Shown here one piece after another: positions 39,061-52,335 of a DNA stretch of 64,000 nt. Each line of letters starts with the position of its first letter. The stretch's first letter is position 1. The notes beneath the pieces were generated by a model. It was given only the letters and a program-made list of their open reading frames with translations, was not told the DNA's origin and ran no database searches. The stretch is from Octopus bimaculoides (lineage: Eukaryota). Location of the stretch: assembly GCF_001194135.2 (NCBI RefSeq), contig NC_069004.1, positions 22,769,655 to 22,833,654 on the forward strand, written 5' to 3'. Made by a program: the position numbers and the translations under genes.

Positions 39061-39989
39061 TCACTGACCTATACACATTGACTTTCACCTTCAACGATAC
39101 ATTGTGACTGTTCTGAAGCCTATGATAAAGCTTACTGAAAACGAAACTAGCCTTCCCAGTTCTGGACTCAGTTTCTTTATCTATCTTAGCAAGATTGCTA
39201 TGTATACATTATATACATTGTTTTGTCTTTGGGAGTTTCTCATGCAGTTAGTTACGAAGTTAATAGAAAAAGATAAGTTCATTTTATTCTATAATTGAAA
39301 TGTCTCCCTTGTGGTGTAAACATGGTTTTATTTACTTATTGTTTATAATAACTGTACAACATATATACATTTGTAAGTGTGTGTATACATTTTGGAAATA
39401 GTGTCGAGTCACATGTTGTAAACATTACAAAATGGCAAGCTAACAAATTAACCTCTATGAGTTTGTTTGATCTGATCAAAATAAACTGCTGGGAGATCCT
39501 CAAATTACATTCTACCATATTTAAAAAGGCAAAATCACATTAAATATTATAATCTTATATACATCTTTTCTTAATAAAAATAGGTATGGTTGGCCACTCC
39601 TGGAATGTTTTTAATCATGTATTTCTTAAACTAGACTTATCTGGACTAAATAATGGCAACTCTACAATAGCAAAAGGGTTTATACATGGCAGTTCATCCA
39701 GCTACAAATAACAGCCAAATCTAGGTAAAAATTACTCCTTACTATCTTACAAACATCTGGAAGGGTACATTTTATTGTCCTAGGTGCACTAAACCAGGGT
39801 AAAAGTTGGCATCATCATGGCTGAAATATCTTTCATCATCGGTCTGTCTACACCATCAAAGCTGTCCTTGAGCCAAACAACAATAGCATTAATGAAACAA
39901 AAAGCTTATCTTGAGGTTTAATTTAATAGTAAACTTGTAAAACATATCATTATTATCATCATTATTGTTTTACTTCCACATTTTACATG

Positions 39990-40690
39990 CTGACTTGAGC
40001 ATGATATTCATCAATGTGCTGGCTGAGAGGTATTTTCCTGTATTCCGGAATCCTAATTTGAGATTTGTGCACTGCCATCCTCTGATGTAGGCTGGTTTTT
40101 GTGTGTCCAATATATTGCTGTTTACATCCCGAGCATGTAATTAAGTAAATCAAGTTCTCTGATACACATGTAAAATTAGTTTTTATGGTGAAATTATGAT
40201 CTTGTTCTAATTGGTATTCAGATTCTTCTATTATATTGATACAGATCGCACAGTTGGGTCTCCCACACTTTTTTACTGTCGGCTTTGTGGTTATTGTTGA
40301 GTGCAATTTGGCCTGGGTTAAAATCGTTTTCATTGATTTTAGTTGTCTCTTACTTTTGATGATTGTGTGTGTTTTGAGGATTTGATTCATCTTTGGGTCT
40401 CTCTTGAGTAGAGCTGTGCTGTGGGGTATAGTGTTCAATGCCTCATTGTTATGTGGGTCGTGTGTGGAAATGTAAGTCACAGTTTTCAATTTTTCTTCCT
40501 TCTTTGGTCTTGGTCGTCTAAGTTCTTGTGTATTCAATTTAAGTATTCGTTGGATCGTATTGTTGGTTAAGGGTTGATGGTTTTCAATTCCTAGAGTCGT
40601 GTGTAACGGGTGTTTGCGTCTGATACTATTGTGCAAATTCTTTTGGCTAAACGAAATGGGATGCTCATCCTGGTGTGTCTCGGGTGGCAA
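39990..40690 (-). mobile_element. Second Penelope-like element, Cys-rich linker and GIY-YIG endonuclease
   Basis: KKCGRPNCAIC...FTCVSENLIYLITCSGCKQQYIGHT...QRMAVH. The linker pattern differs from the PLE at 35560-37980. Confidence 0.88.
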
Positions 40691-40793
40691 GAATCAAATG
40701 GCAGCTACTGTTCCGAGTCTGTGAGTTTGTAATAGATATCTGTCTCTATTTTGTTCCTGACTTATATATATAGATACATGTATGTATGTATGT

Positions 40794-41092
40794 GAAGGCG
40801 CATGGCTTAGTGTTTGGTGTGTTGCACTCATTATTGCGAGATTGTAGGTTTGATTGCCAGACTGAGCATTGCTTTGTGTTCTTGACCAAAGCACTTCATT
40901 TCATGTTGCTGTGCAATCATTTCGTCATCTGGCATCTGGTACATGGTGCACCTGTACAGGTAATGTGGATTTGATGGAGAGAGTGAGCTTATGTGAACAC
41001 AGACATTTGATCATTATAAACAGATCATCTGTGTGGTTGTTCGGCAAGAAATTGCCAGACCCTCACATGTCATCTAATAACGGGAGAGTCCA
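40794..41092 (+). mobile_element. SINE family C-headed element
   Basis: gtgaaggcgcatggcttagtg head as at 27681; different 3' body. Confidence 0.65.
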
Positions 41093-42479
41093 TGATGTAT
41101 GTATGTATATATTTTGATATTTTGCTTAGGGATTGCGTTACTAATAACCTGGTATTAAAACTCAATATACATAAGCTTCAGAATTAAGAATTAGTCAAGT
41201 ACAGAGTGGTAAAAAAACCTGTTTACATCTTATCATAGAAATTCCTCATAAACCTGTCCTTATGCGTTTTTTAAAATGATCTTATTCTAATTCTGGGAGA
41301 GGCTTCTTCCCCTCAATCCCCTAAATTTTATTTCCCACATATGTTTATGCTTTTTTACTGGTAATACTTTTCTGTGTATATATAGATGTAAATGTTTTTC
41401 CAAATAAAACTGCACTTTATGTTTGATACTCTGATGAAGTTATAAGGTGATACTGAAGCACTCCACTCTGAGTGCACTGCATCTTATAGCAGAAACAGCT
41501 GTAAGCTAATAAAATTCATAAAATAATTGTTTATTCCTTTGTCATCCTAATTTCTTATATATATCTTCTTCATCATCATCATCATCATCATCATTTAACA
41601 TCTGTTTTCAGTGCTGGCATGGGTTAGACAGCTTGACAGGAACTGGTAAGGCCAGGGTCCACAATAGTTCTCCTGGCTTTGTTTCTATGGCTGGATACCC
41701 TTCCTAAAACCAACCACTCCACATATAAAATAATTTAACTGTATACATTGCCCAGGTTTATTACAGCTTGTTGGAAAAATGTAAAAGGGAGCAGAAACCT
41801 GCAATAAGTTAAGTAAAGAAAGACAGCAACGACAGCCAAAAGTGAATGCATTGTGTGGAAGATTAACCACAAACAGATAGAAAAGTGAACAGTAAAAGAG
41901 CCATATAGAGGAGAGGGTGCATAGACATGTCAGGAATAATGTTGGGGAATTTCGGGAAGCATGGAATTTTTTTAAGGATGCAATGTCCTGACTGCTAACA
42001 AAAAATATAACTCTGAGTGTGAAAAAATGGTTTTGAAATTCAGGGGTTTTGTGCTGTGTTTTGGATGTTATGAGCATAACATGATTGGTTGAAATAGTGA
42101 ATTCAGAACCATTGTCAAAGTTGATGTTGGAAAGATGGATAATTTTGTGGGCTGCTAAACATCAAAGATTTAATGTATTGATGTCCAGAAAAGCAATATA
42201 TTCTAGATATGGTGACTGCCAGAAAATATTTATCTGCTACAGCAAGGCTAATTTGTATTTTATTAAAAAGATTTACCTTTCATTTTAGATTATCCTTAAA
42301 AATTTGTTGTGCGGTGCACATTACCAACCCAGCACTGTAATAAAAATTAGACTAATTTTGATTATTTTTGAGTTTGTATTCACTTTAGCTATGCACAATG
42401 AATCTCTTTCATAGACAGAAAATAGGTAGTCTTTTTTATGATAACAGTTTAACAAAAGCTGAAGGTCTCTTCATTTTGA

Positions 42480-43140
42480 TCCCTTTTCTGCCCATGAAGA
42501 GATAAACCTGTGTTGTAAACACTTTGTTAACATTTTATAGAATGTTTGAATAACTGGTAACCCTGTTACCAGTTATGCTGGTAAGTCAGTTCAGGATATG
42601 ATATGCCCCAAAAGAGTATTCATTTGATTGCACATCTCTTGACACCTTTCAGTTTACAACTATTCTGGAGAAGATAAGGTGTTTAAATTGCAGGTACAAA
42701 CTGTGTGTACCTACCATAGCCATATATAGCATTAAATAGGGAGCCAGTGAGCAGCTAAAAAAGATTTTATTGATCGATGCTAAGACACTTTCAGTATTTT
42801 TATGAATTTAGAAATGTAGTCCATCCAGTGCAGATCATTGTTGGTAATAATTCCCAGACTATTTTCACCTGCAGAACTTTTTAAGATTTATGTTGTGGAG
42901 GGATAAGTGAATTTCAAATTTCTTTTCCTCCTAAAACTTATAAGTTCTGCCCTTGTCTACAGCCGGCTGTAGCTGGATGGTTAAGATCCAAATCAGGATT
43001 TCAAAAGCATCAGATATTGTATTTAGGGCAAGGCTCATAACTTTACAGGCCTCACCTAACCTAGCTGACCTAACAGGTTTTCTTTTGAGCCAACAAGAAG
43101 GATCTACAATCAGGGTTACTGAAATAAAAAATAAAGTTGT
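42480..43140 (-). mobile_element. Highly decayed CR1/L2-like LINE 3' fragment
   Basis: Minus-strand ENSLGIITNNDLHW and TPYL...KGVKRCAIK echo EKDLGV..DLxW and WSPYL..LExVQRRATK; many stops. Confidence 0.5.
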
Positions 43141-43221
43141 TATGGTTGTGATGTCTTTGATTATGGATCTGCTTGACCAAGATTGACCTGAAGTTATATC
43201 TACTACTGCTACTACTACTTA

Positions 43222-43440
43222 GTGGAGGTGTGTGGCTTAGTGGTTAGGATATTGCACTCATGAGATTGTGGATTAAAAAATCCTGGACTGGGTGATGTGT
43301 TGTGTTCTTGAGCAAAACACTTCATTTCACGTTGCTCCAGTCCACTCAGCTGGCAAAAATGAGTAATCCTACAACAGACTGGCATCTTATCCAAGGGGTG
43401 AATATATATGCCACAGAATCCAGGAAACCATCCTTATGAA
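43222..43440 (+). mobile_element. SINE family C-headed element
   Basis: tggcttagtgg A-box and ttgctccagtccactcagctggcaaaaatgagt core. Confidence 0.7.
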
Positions 43441-43815
43441 TCTTTTTTCTGACTACTACTGCTTAGCTTTAGTTCCTTCTGTGCTTCTCAGTGCATTGAG
43501 CAGCAAGCTTTACCCCCCCCCCCCCTGGATTCAGTTGGCTGCTACTCTTGCACGTCCATTCCACATAACATCGACTGTCTTCAGGTCGTCCTGAAATGTT
43601 TGCTCTCCAACGATCTTTAGCCTACCCTTTTCTACACCTGCCAACAGGTAGTACTCAAGTCATGGTTATTTTTGAGAGCTGTTGGTTGGCTTGATGGGGA
43701 ATATGGCCAGCCAGGCAGAAGTGGCACTCTTCTATGATCACTTGCAGTGGTCATATCCTTACTCTTTTCAGAAGAAGAGGAAGAAGAAATGTAGTAACAG
43801 TAGTAGCACCACCAT

Positions 43816-43846
<31 letters not shown>

Positions 43847-45059
43847 GCTACTGCTGCTGCTGCTGCTGCATCAGCAACAATACAAACTAATGAGGGAGCT
43901 TCTATATGGCCGTTTGTCATTCACCCCACTGAAACTAACAGTGAAATTATAAGTCTCTATCATCTTAAATAAGGACAGTTACTTCACTTTAAATTTATGA
44001 GGCAACTTGAGTGTTCCCTTCAGACTGGAATACCTTTGATAATAGATCTGTTCAAATGACAGTTAGCTGTAGCCTAGGGCTAAACAACAACAACAACAGC
44101 CGATCTTTTCTACTTCACAGCTGAAAAGATAATTGCCAGGAAAGACCAGAGAGAAGGAGATATCCAGCTGTTTCCATCTACCCATGGTTAATGATGGTTA
44201 ATTGATGTAAAAAGGATAAAAAAAAAAGAAATCCTGGAAGTTTTATCTGCTTGGATTAAGGTTATCTAATTTGTTTCAGGTTTGGGCAGGGTAAATTTTA
44301 AGGATAAAGAGAGAGAAGGGAGATAAAATAGACATGAACTGTCACCTCATAAATCTACAGCAATCTCTAAAGCTGTCACTTGCCTAATTAAACATTAAAT
44401 AGACTTTAATATCTAGAATGTTAGTTGGATATCAGTTTATTTCTTTTTATCTTTCATTCTATTCAGTTGTTTGATGAAGATTATGATGGCAGTAGTGATG
44501 GTGATGGTGAGGAAGAGAAGTAGGAGGGACATCGCCCATACATGATTTTTTGCTTGTTTTTATTTTTTTAATCTCCTGAGATCAGAAATTGGATAAAACT
44601 CATGTGGGAAATTTTAAATTTCAAATGTTGTGCATTGGATTTTAGATTTGTGTGTATGTGTAGGTGTATGTGTGTGTCACTTGTTTCAGTCATTAGACTG
44701 CAGCCATGCAATACTAATAGGCATTGTGAGACTAATAACCTGGTGTGAGAACTCAATATACATATGCTTCTGAATGAAGCATTAGTTGAGCACAGAGCAT
44801 TAATTAGAAATTGAGATGACAAAGGAATAAATGATGAACTTCATTACCTTACAGTTGTTTCTGCTATATGACGTGATACACACACACACACTTACAAAGC
44901 ACCAGGTTGGTTCGACAATAATGGTAAAGAAATTGGTCTTATCTTAGAGACATGAAAGGCATTCAATATGTTGCTAAATGCTTCCTTTTCAATGAACAGG
45001 ACAGCATCTACATATTTTAAGGAAGTAAAAACAACAGTGCAGAGGAAACTGAGGAGGAT

Positions 45060-46750
45060 GCAGGAAAATTGGTTGTGATAAATGCAATGAAATCGAAGAC
45101 GCTTCAAATACTAACAATTCAAAACTTCTTTACTCTCTCTTGAAAAAAGTTTATGGTCCAACTTCATCAATGGTTGTTCCACGTCATAGCGAAAATGGCA
45201 CAGAATTATTAACAAATCCTAAAGATATTGTTGGGAAATGGAAAGAACACTTTGATGAGTTGCTCAGTAGACACACCAAATTTGATCTTTCTGCTCTTGA
45301 TAATATACCTGAAAGACCAACAAAACATTTTTCAGCAGAGGTTCTGGCTGAAATAAAAGCAGCTCTCATGAAATTGAACAATGGAAAGGCCCCTGCTATG
45401 GATGGATTAAGTACAGAGATATACAAATATGGTAGTGAACATCTCTGTTCAATGTTGACAGATGTGATTCAAAGGGTTTGGCATAGTGAGGTGGTTCCTC
45501 AGGATTGGCATGATACAATTATGGAGATACTCTATAAATTGAAAAGTGGAGAGTATGTCTGCAATAATTTTCATGGCATTTGTCTGTTAGTTGTGGCTGG
45601 AAAGTCCTTTGTAGGGTAATGCTTGATAGATTGCATCTGCACATTGCTGATGAGTTCTACCAGAATCACAATGTTGGTTCTGAGGTGGTAGGAGTACCAT
45701 GGATATGATATTTTCAGCCAGACAGATATAAGAGAAGTGCATCAAATAGGATATGGACTCATATCAAGTTTTTATTGATCTGACAAAAGCATTTGATTCT
45801 GTAAATAGAGTTGCAATTTGGGAGATGTTGAAAAACCTAGGCTTTCCTGAAAAATTTGTGAGAATGCTTAGATAATTTCATGATGAGATGGAGGTGAGAG
45901 TTAGTGTTGGATGTACCCTGTCAGATCCAATTTCTGTAGAAAATGGTGTGAAACAGGATGATATTCCTGCTCCTACCTTGTTTACTCTTTATTTTACAAT
46001 AGTCTTTTAAATAGCATTCAAAGACTGAGCTGAAGGGGTCTATATAAGATATAAGACAGCAGGAAAACTTTTCAACCTCAAAAGACTTTGTAGCAAAAAC
46101 AAAAGTTCTTCATGCTCACATCATTGCGTTCTTGTATGCAGATTATTGTGACCTGTTGGCACATTCCCAGGAAGACATGCAACACATGATGAGCAAGATC
46201 CCTGCAGCATGTACAGCATTGGGCCTTACAGTTAACTTGAAGAAAACTGTTCTGATGTACCAACCGACGACCCCCCCCTCTAAGCTTTATATGGAACCTT
46301 CTGTAACTATACATGGACAAAGGTTAGAAGTTGTCACCAAATTCATATATTTAGGAAGTACTCTGAGCACTCCCTGGTCTTGCTAATGAAATTTCATATA
46401 GAATTAACAAAGATTGTGATTCCTTTGATAGACTTCACAAGCGCCTCTGGTCACACCATAGCATATCTATCCAAACTAAAGTTAAGGTTTATAACACACA
46501 TGTTCTGCCATCGTTGCTCTATGGAAGTGAGACATGAGTTATTTATTGTAAGCATTGAAACATTTGAAGCATATATTTTGGTGCTCGTAGTATGTGGGTG
46601 GTACGAGTGAGTAGAACATGCCAAGAGGAACTCAGAATATGTAGTCCTATATCTTTTGACACCAAATGCCTGAGGTGACACAGATTGCACTGCTTGATGC
46701 AACACATCTAGATGCACAATACACTACCTGTAAAGGACAGCTGCAGGATG
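45060..46750 (+). mobile_element. Decayed RTE (BovB-like) LINE, RT region
   Basis: KWKEHFDELL, NGKAPAMDG, VPQDW, FIDLTKAFDSVNR, NGVKQDDIPAPTLF, YADYC, FIYLGS; frameshifts present. Confidence 0.88.
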
Positions 46751-47460
46751 GGCCGAAATGAGCATCGTGTTGAATTCATACTAAATCCATTTTCCATTTC
46801 CCTCATCAATTATATAAACCTAAAGTGAATTTCTTGTAAGTATTATGTACTTGTGTGTGTGCACGCATGTATAGAAAAAATAATGTAAATAAAATTGCCT
46901 AAAAGGTGAATAATCTTGCCTAAAATTTGGTCTTTGAGTTAAGCCACATTTTTATCACACAGGAAGATGTTCTATGAATATCTTATTCTAAACTTTCACT
47001 CTCCACCACCACCAACAACACTGATACTTATACAAGAGGCTTTCTTTGTACACTTACTCACACACATATATAAATATATGTATGTATATATATGTGTGTG
47101 TATGTATAAACACACACACACATACAGATGCATCTTCATACAGTATACGTTATCTGTATGCATGTGTCTTCCCCCACTTCTCTCTCTTTCTCTCTCTCTC
47201 TAGATATATATATGTGTGTCTTTATCTGCACATACACACATGCTCTAGAGACTCACACATACATACACTATACTTTATCAGTATATTTGTCTCCTCTTAT
47301 CATTTTGCAATGCGTCTTAGAATGTTTTTTTTTTAATCTATTTATTTAAAGCAGATGAGTATAATAATCTCTCCACATTTGGGCGGGATATTTTTCAACG
47401 GTTGCAGCTTGAATTTAATGTCAGACAGTATCTACCTCTCCCATCACCACCACAACCACC

Positions 47461-47506
<46 letters not shown>

Positions 47507-47944
47507 GTGAACTGGCAGAACAGTTAGGGTTTTAGACAAAATGCTTCGGTGGTATTTCTTCTTCCTCTTGACATTCTGAGTTCAAATTCTGCCTAGGACA
47601 ACTTTGCCTTTCATCATTTGAGTATCGGTCAAATCTTGGGATCAATGGTATCATCGACTTATCTCCTGCATCTCCTCAAAAATCATTACCTTAATTAGAA
47701 ACCCGTTATTATTATTGAGGATAATAGAATGGCAGAATCGTTAGAACATCAGAAAATATGCTCTGCAGTGTTCCTTCTGGTTCTCTATATCCAGAGTTCT
47801 AATTTTGCTATGGTCAACTTTATTTTTCATCACTCCAAGGTCAGAAGTGTTAAGACCAGTTAAGTACAGGAGTTGACGGTATCATCTAATCCCCTCCTCT
47901 TAAAACTGCTGGCCTTGTCCCTAAATAAGAATGAATTTTTATTA

Positions 47945-47975
<31 letters not shown>

Positions 47976-47976
<1 letters not shown>

Positions 47977-48402
47977 GAGTGAGAAAGTAGCGCATGCCAT
48001 CAAAGTGACACTGGGGTGCAAATATACAAAGGGTACACCAGGCACATGCATTGCAACCATATGTGCGTGACATGGTGATCTTATATCAAGATAAACAGTG
48101 CATGACCTTGCAGGTCATGTTAGGATTTTCTTCAGATCAAGTAGCCCATCCCGCTCAAAAGGTCCCTGAATAAGGTTTGTTTTAAGGATGATGAACAAAA
48201 CACCTATGTTTCCAGAGGTGAATTATCCAAACCCCAAAGAATTCCTCTCAACACATGGCTGTGATGCTCCCCCATTACTTCTGCTCGTGATCTGAAATGC
48301 ATATATCGTCAGCCACTGAGGGACTTGCTCAACTGGTTACGGTCAAGCAACTGACAAGCAAATCTGTGGTATTGAGCAGAATATTTGCTGTAGCCCATCT
48401 TT
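47976..48402. repeat. Unclassified interspersed repeat between microsatellite tails
   Basis: Non-coding 430-bp block bounded by (TTA)n and (CAT)n tracts. No second copy in the window, so repeat status is inferred. Confidence 0.35.
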
Positions 48403-48441
48403 TCTTGTTAATATTATTATCTTCTTCTTCTACTTCTTCTT

Positions 48442-48473
<32 letters not shown>

Positions 48474-48529
48474 TATTATTATTTCTGTCTGGAGCAAAAA
48501 GATGCATGTTTGTGGTTTGTAAGTTTTCT

Positions 48530-50210
48530 TTAAAAGTTGCTGAACACAGATTTCAAAATTTTCGCTAAGGTATTAGCAAAGAGGTTGATGCTTGTTGTCA
48601 TGGAACTGATTGGTGATGTGCAAACATGTGCCATCACAAGCAGATCCATTTATGACAACCTCCACCTCATGTAACATTGTAGACAGGGTGGGTAAAGAAG
48701 CTGGCATGGGTGGGGTCTTGTTCAATTTGGATCAATCTAAAGCCTTTGGTAGGATTGACCACCAATACTTGGTAGCCGTTCTCATGGTGGTCAGCTTTGG
48801 TCCTGTTTTGTGAATTGCCACAATGTACAGCTACATCTGCTTAGTAGTCCAGGTTGTGGTTACCTTTCAGGTCTGTCAAGGGTGTCCATGCCCATCTCTT
48901 CTGTATGTACTGGCTCTAGAACCACTACTGCATAAATTGGAGGTGTTGAGAGGCATCCTGCACAAACTAGGATGTGGGAGAGCCATGTCAGCATATGCAG
49001 ACAATGTCACTGCCATAGTGTTGAGCACTAAGCACACAGATTTGGTCGGCTTTAAAAGTATATGAGGTGGCAATAGGAGCAAAAATTAACCAAGAAAAGT
49101 CAGTGAGGGTTTTAGACAAAATGCTTCGGTGGTATTTCTTCTTCCTCTTGACATTCTGAGTTCAAATTCTGCTTAGGACAACTTTGCCTTTCATCATTTG
49201 AGTATCAGTCAAATCTTGGGATCAATGGTATCATCAACTTATCTCCTGCAGAGCTCAGACCTGGAGAGGCAGGTCCATGTTTCCAGTGTCATTGGATGTT
49301 GGGCAGAGGGACCGATTAAATTGCTCAGGATCTGGTTTGGTCTGGATCTCCAGGTTGAGAAGAACTGGGATGAAATGACAAGTAGGGTAGCCAATCACAC
49401 CCAGAAACGGGCCAAAAGAAAGCTTTCCCTGAAAGGTTGAGCAGAGGTAGCAAATGCTTACATCACCTACATTATATATTACCACATGACCATTGCCTCA
49501 GTTTACATGAGACCAAACTGGAGCATATACTCTTTCACTTTCTGTGGAGTGGAAGCATTCCACTGGTCAGGTGCTCCATCTGCTGTCAACACCCATTGAA
49601 TGGAGAGCTGGACCTGCTATGGCTACTGATGTGCAGACATACGCTAAGGTTATGACATCTCTAGCACTTCCTTACAAGTGAGCAGGTGTGGTCACTGTTA
49701 GACAGGATTTTCCACAACTTATCTCTTTGACTGAGCTGTAGTCCTGGATCAAGCGTAGACCAAGGGAGGGTGCCTAACACTTAGAGTGTTGTCAAACACT
49801 CACAATCTTCAGTCAGTCAGACAATGCAGATAGTGAAAGTTCAACTCTGGCATTCTCTAGAAGGTTAATGGCAAGTAAGTGCAACAATGTTCTTGAGGAG
49901 GCTTTGGGTGTCAGCAAGAATCAACTGTTCCTTTAGGTTGGCCTATGGATAATTTCCAAAAATCCCTGGCCTGGCAGAGTTACCAGGGGGTATTTCCAGT
50001 TTGGGATGAACTCTACAGGCATGGAAGTGCTGTCAGAGAGGCTTTCCCAAGATGCACACAGAGTGACAAATCGGTTCTGTATGCTTTCATTCAGATCCAA
50101 GGACTGCAGTGTGCCCCTGTGTCTGCTTGGTATGGCTTCTATAGTTGGACACCCTTTTAATGCCAACCTCTTAACAGCATGTACCAGATACTTTCTTTGT
50201 GCCACAAGCA
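48530..50210 (+). mobile_element. Decayed Tx1/L1-clade LINE, RT and zinc-binding region
   Basis: LLNTDFKIFAKVLAKRL, LDQSKAFGRIDHQY, QGCPCPSLLYVLALEPL, AYADNV, GAKINQEKS, FPRCTQSDKSVLYAF. Contains a 145-bp insert at 49106-49250. Confidence 0.88.
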
Positions 50211-50620
50211 ACTCTTATTATATATGTATGTGACTTTGTGCCTGTGTTTGTCCCCCGCTAACCACTTGACAACCAGTGTTAACATTGGACTGTGTAGTCT
50301 TATATATTCCAAAAGACAGGATAGTCATGGTTGAAACACCTTTGATCATAAGTTTGCTCAATTAGGTCATTTTTGTTTTATTTCTGCCTCTGTCAGAGGA
50401 ATGATGACCAAATGTTTGAAGCAGTCAACATCAGTAAAGACCCACCCCCTCCGTGAGCCAAATGATAGTATTAAACTGAGTGATAAGTGAAGTCTACCTC
50501 CTTGAGACTAAACAACAACAACAAACTGGGGAGCTACATGGGTTGTGTACGTGTTTGGGTGGGTTGGGGAGTCTTTTTTTTACAATATTGAAGTTGATTT
50601 CTTGTGCTCTTAAAAAACAG

Positions 50621-50781
50621 GGTTTCTCCATGCTACACTGAAAACCAGCGCCAGGAACGAATTCAGAGACAAAAACAGAAACAAGAAGAATTCCAAAGAA
50701 TACGCAACAATAACAAACCCCAACAGAAAACTGAAGGAACAAATACTGCTGCTGGTGGTGGCAGTGGTGGTGGCAGTGGTG
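50621..50781 (+). CDS. RAD52: RAD52 coding exon with RQK motif: VSPCYTENQRQERIQRQKQKQEEFQRIR...AAGGGSGGGSG
   Basis: cag acceptor at 50618-50620 and GTAAGT donor at 50782. QRQKQKQEEF resembles the RPA-binding RQK region of vertebrate RAD52 (HQRKLRQKQLQQQF). Phase 2 in, phase 1 out, which fits both neighbours. Confidence 0.85.
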
Positions 50782-51044
50782 GTAAGTGTATTTATGTTTT
50801 TGATGGTGATGGTGATGACAGTGATGATAGTGGTGGAGATGACGGGGAAGATGATGATGGCAATAATGAGGATTAGCTATGAGAATGCACTCCTGATACT
50901 TTCACGCTAATGGTGGCAGCAGCAAGGAGGAGGAGGAGGAGGGGGAGAGGGAGAAGGAGGAGATGGAGAGTCAGAATCAAAACTGATTTCTTAAACAACA
51001 AAACCTTTGTATGAACATGCTTGCCTTTTATGTTGATGTGCGTT

Positions 51045-51082
<38 letters not shown>

Positions 51083-51369
51083 TGTTTTTATATCCCATTT
51101 TCCCTACATGCATGGGTTGGATAGGTTTTCTCCAGCACAGTGTCTCCCCAGTCATTCATGATCTCCTTTGTGAGGTTCAAACTCTTAGATAAGCAGTTAC
51201 CAAATATTTTCTATGTCTTCACAGAGAATAGGTACCTGAGTTTGGTTGAAGCCATGTGATAAAGGTTGTATCAAAAAGCAAGACCAAGTGGAGATGCATC
51301 AAACATCAGCTCAGATAAGTAGTTAGGCGCATCCAACAAGTTCCCAGAATTAAATCACTTTGGCATTAA

Positions 51370-51585
51370 CCCTTCAGCATTTAAACTGTCCATATCAAGC
51401 CCAAATATTCTACATTGTTTTATGGTCAAACCAACCAGATCTGGCTTCTCATGCATCTACTACAATGTCATTCTAAAAATAAACACTTCATCAAAATCTC
51501 AAAGTTATGAGATTATGTCTGATTAATCCAAACAATGTGAATAAATAATAGTTACGTTTGTTACAGTAATGTGAATGGAAAATGG
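51370..51585. mobile_element. piggyBac-type MITE
   Basis: TTAA on both sides (51366-51369 and 51586-51589). Left end CCCTTCAGCATT; right end degenerate (gaatggaaaatgg). Confidence 0.55.
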
Positions 51586-51929
51586 TTAAAAATGGGGAAG
51601 CACTTTGAATCATAACAAGGAATAGGGCATTGAAAAATTGTTACTAAAACAAATGGGGCAGTATTTTAAAAAGTTTGAGGAGCACAGTTCTTCAATTTTC
51701 TTAAAAAAAGAAAAAGCAAATGGCTTAATATTTCTTCTTCAGATTCCAAAAATCCAAAGAATAAATCCATCTGTGATAAAGCAAATGAAAGTACACGTAG
51801 CATATCTTCTCGCTCAGATGACCGCAGTCTTTTGCCAGAAGATCTCTTTGGTAAATATTTCTTAGAAAAATTATGATTTCTTTTTTTTTTTTTCACAAAA
51901 ATGTTGACAACAATCAGAGATGAAGTAAC

Positions 51930-52335
51930 AGTGACTTTGAGGTAAGAAGTTTGCTTCCCAGCTAAATGGTTTTGGGTTCAGTTGCACTGCACAGCACTTT
52001 GCACAAGTGTCTTCTCTCTAGCCATGAGCAAACTAAAATCTTTTGAGTGGATTTGGGAGACAGAAACTGAAAGAAGCCTGTTGCATATACGTGTGTGTAT
52101 GTGTTGTCTCCTTGCATGATAGTTGTGATTGACACTGTCATGTAAGCAGTGTCCTTCATTCCCAATCTTCCATGGAAAATATGTCTGGTCATGGGTAAAT
52201 ATTACCTTACTTGGAAATAAGTGAAGGTTGGCAACAGGAAAAACATCCAGCCATAAAAAATCTTCCCCAGTGAGTTCTGTCTGTCCCATACAATTTTGGA
52301 AAAGTGGGTATTTAAACAATGATGATGATGATATA
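51930..52335 (+). mobile_element. SINE with family A head and RTE-type (GAT)n tail
   Basis: Head matches family A up to gaaactgaaagaagcc; then cttacttggaaataagtga...ggaaaagtgggtatttaaacaatgatgatgat. Confidence 0.7.

Noticed and set aside
50782-50876. Read-through of the RQK exon into an acidic tail (DGDGDDSDD...NNED*)
   Set aside because: A strong GTAAGT donor precedes it, and the acidity is explained by a (GAT/GGT)n microsatellite. No evidence of intron retention.
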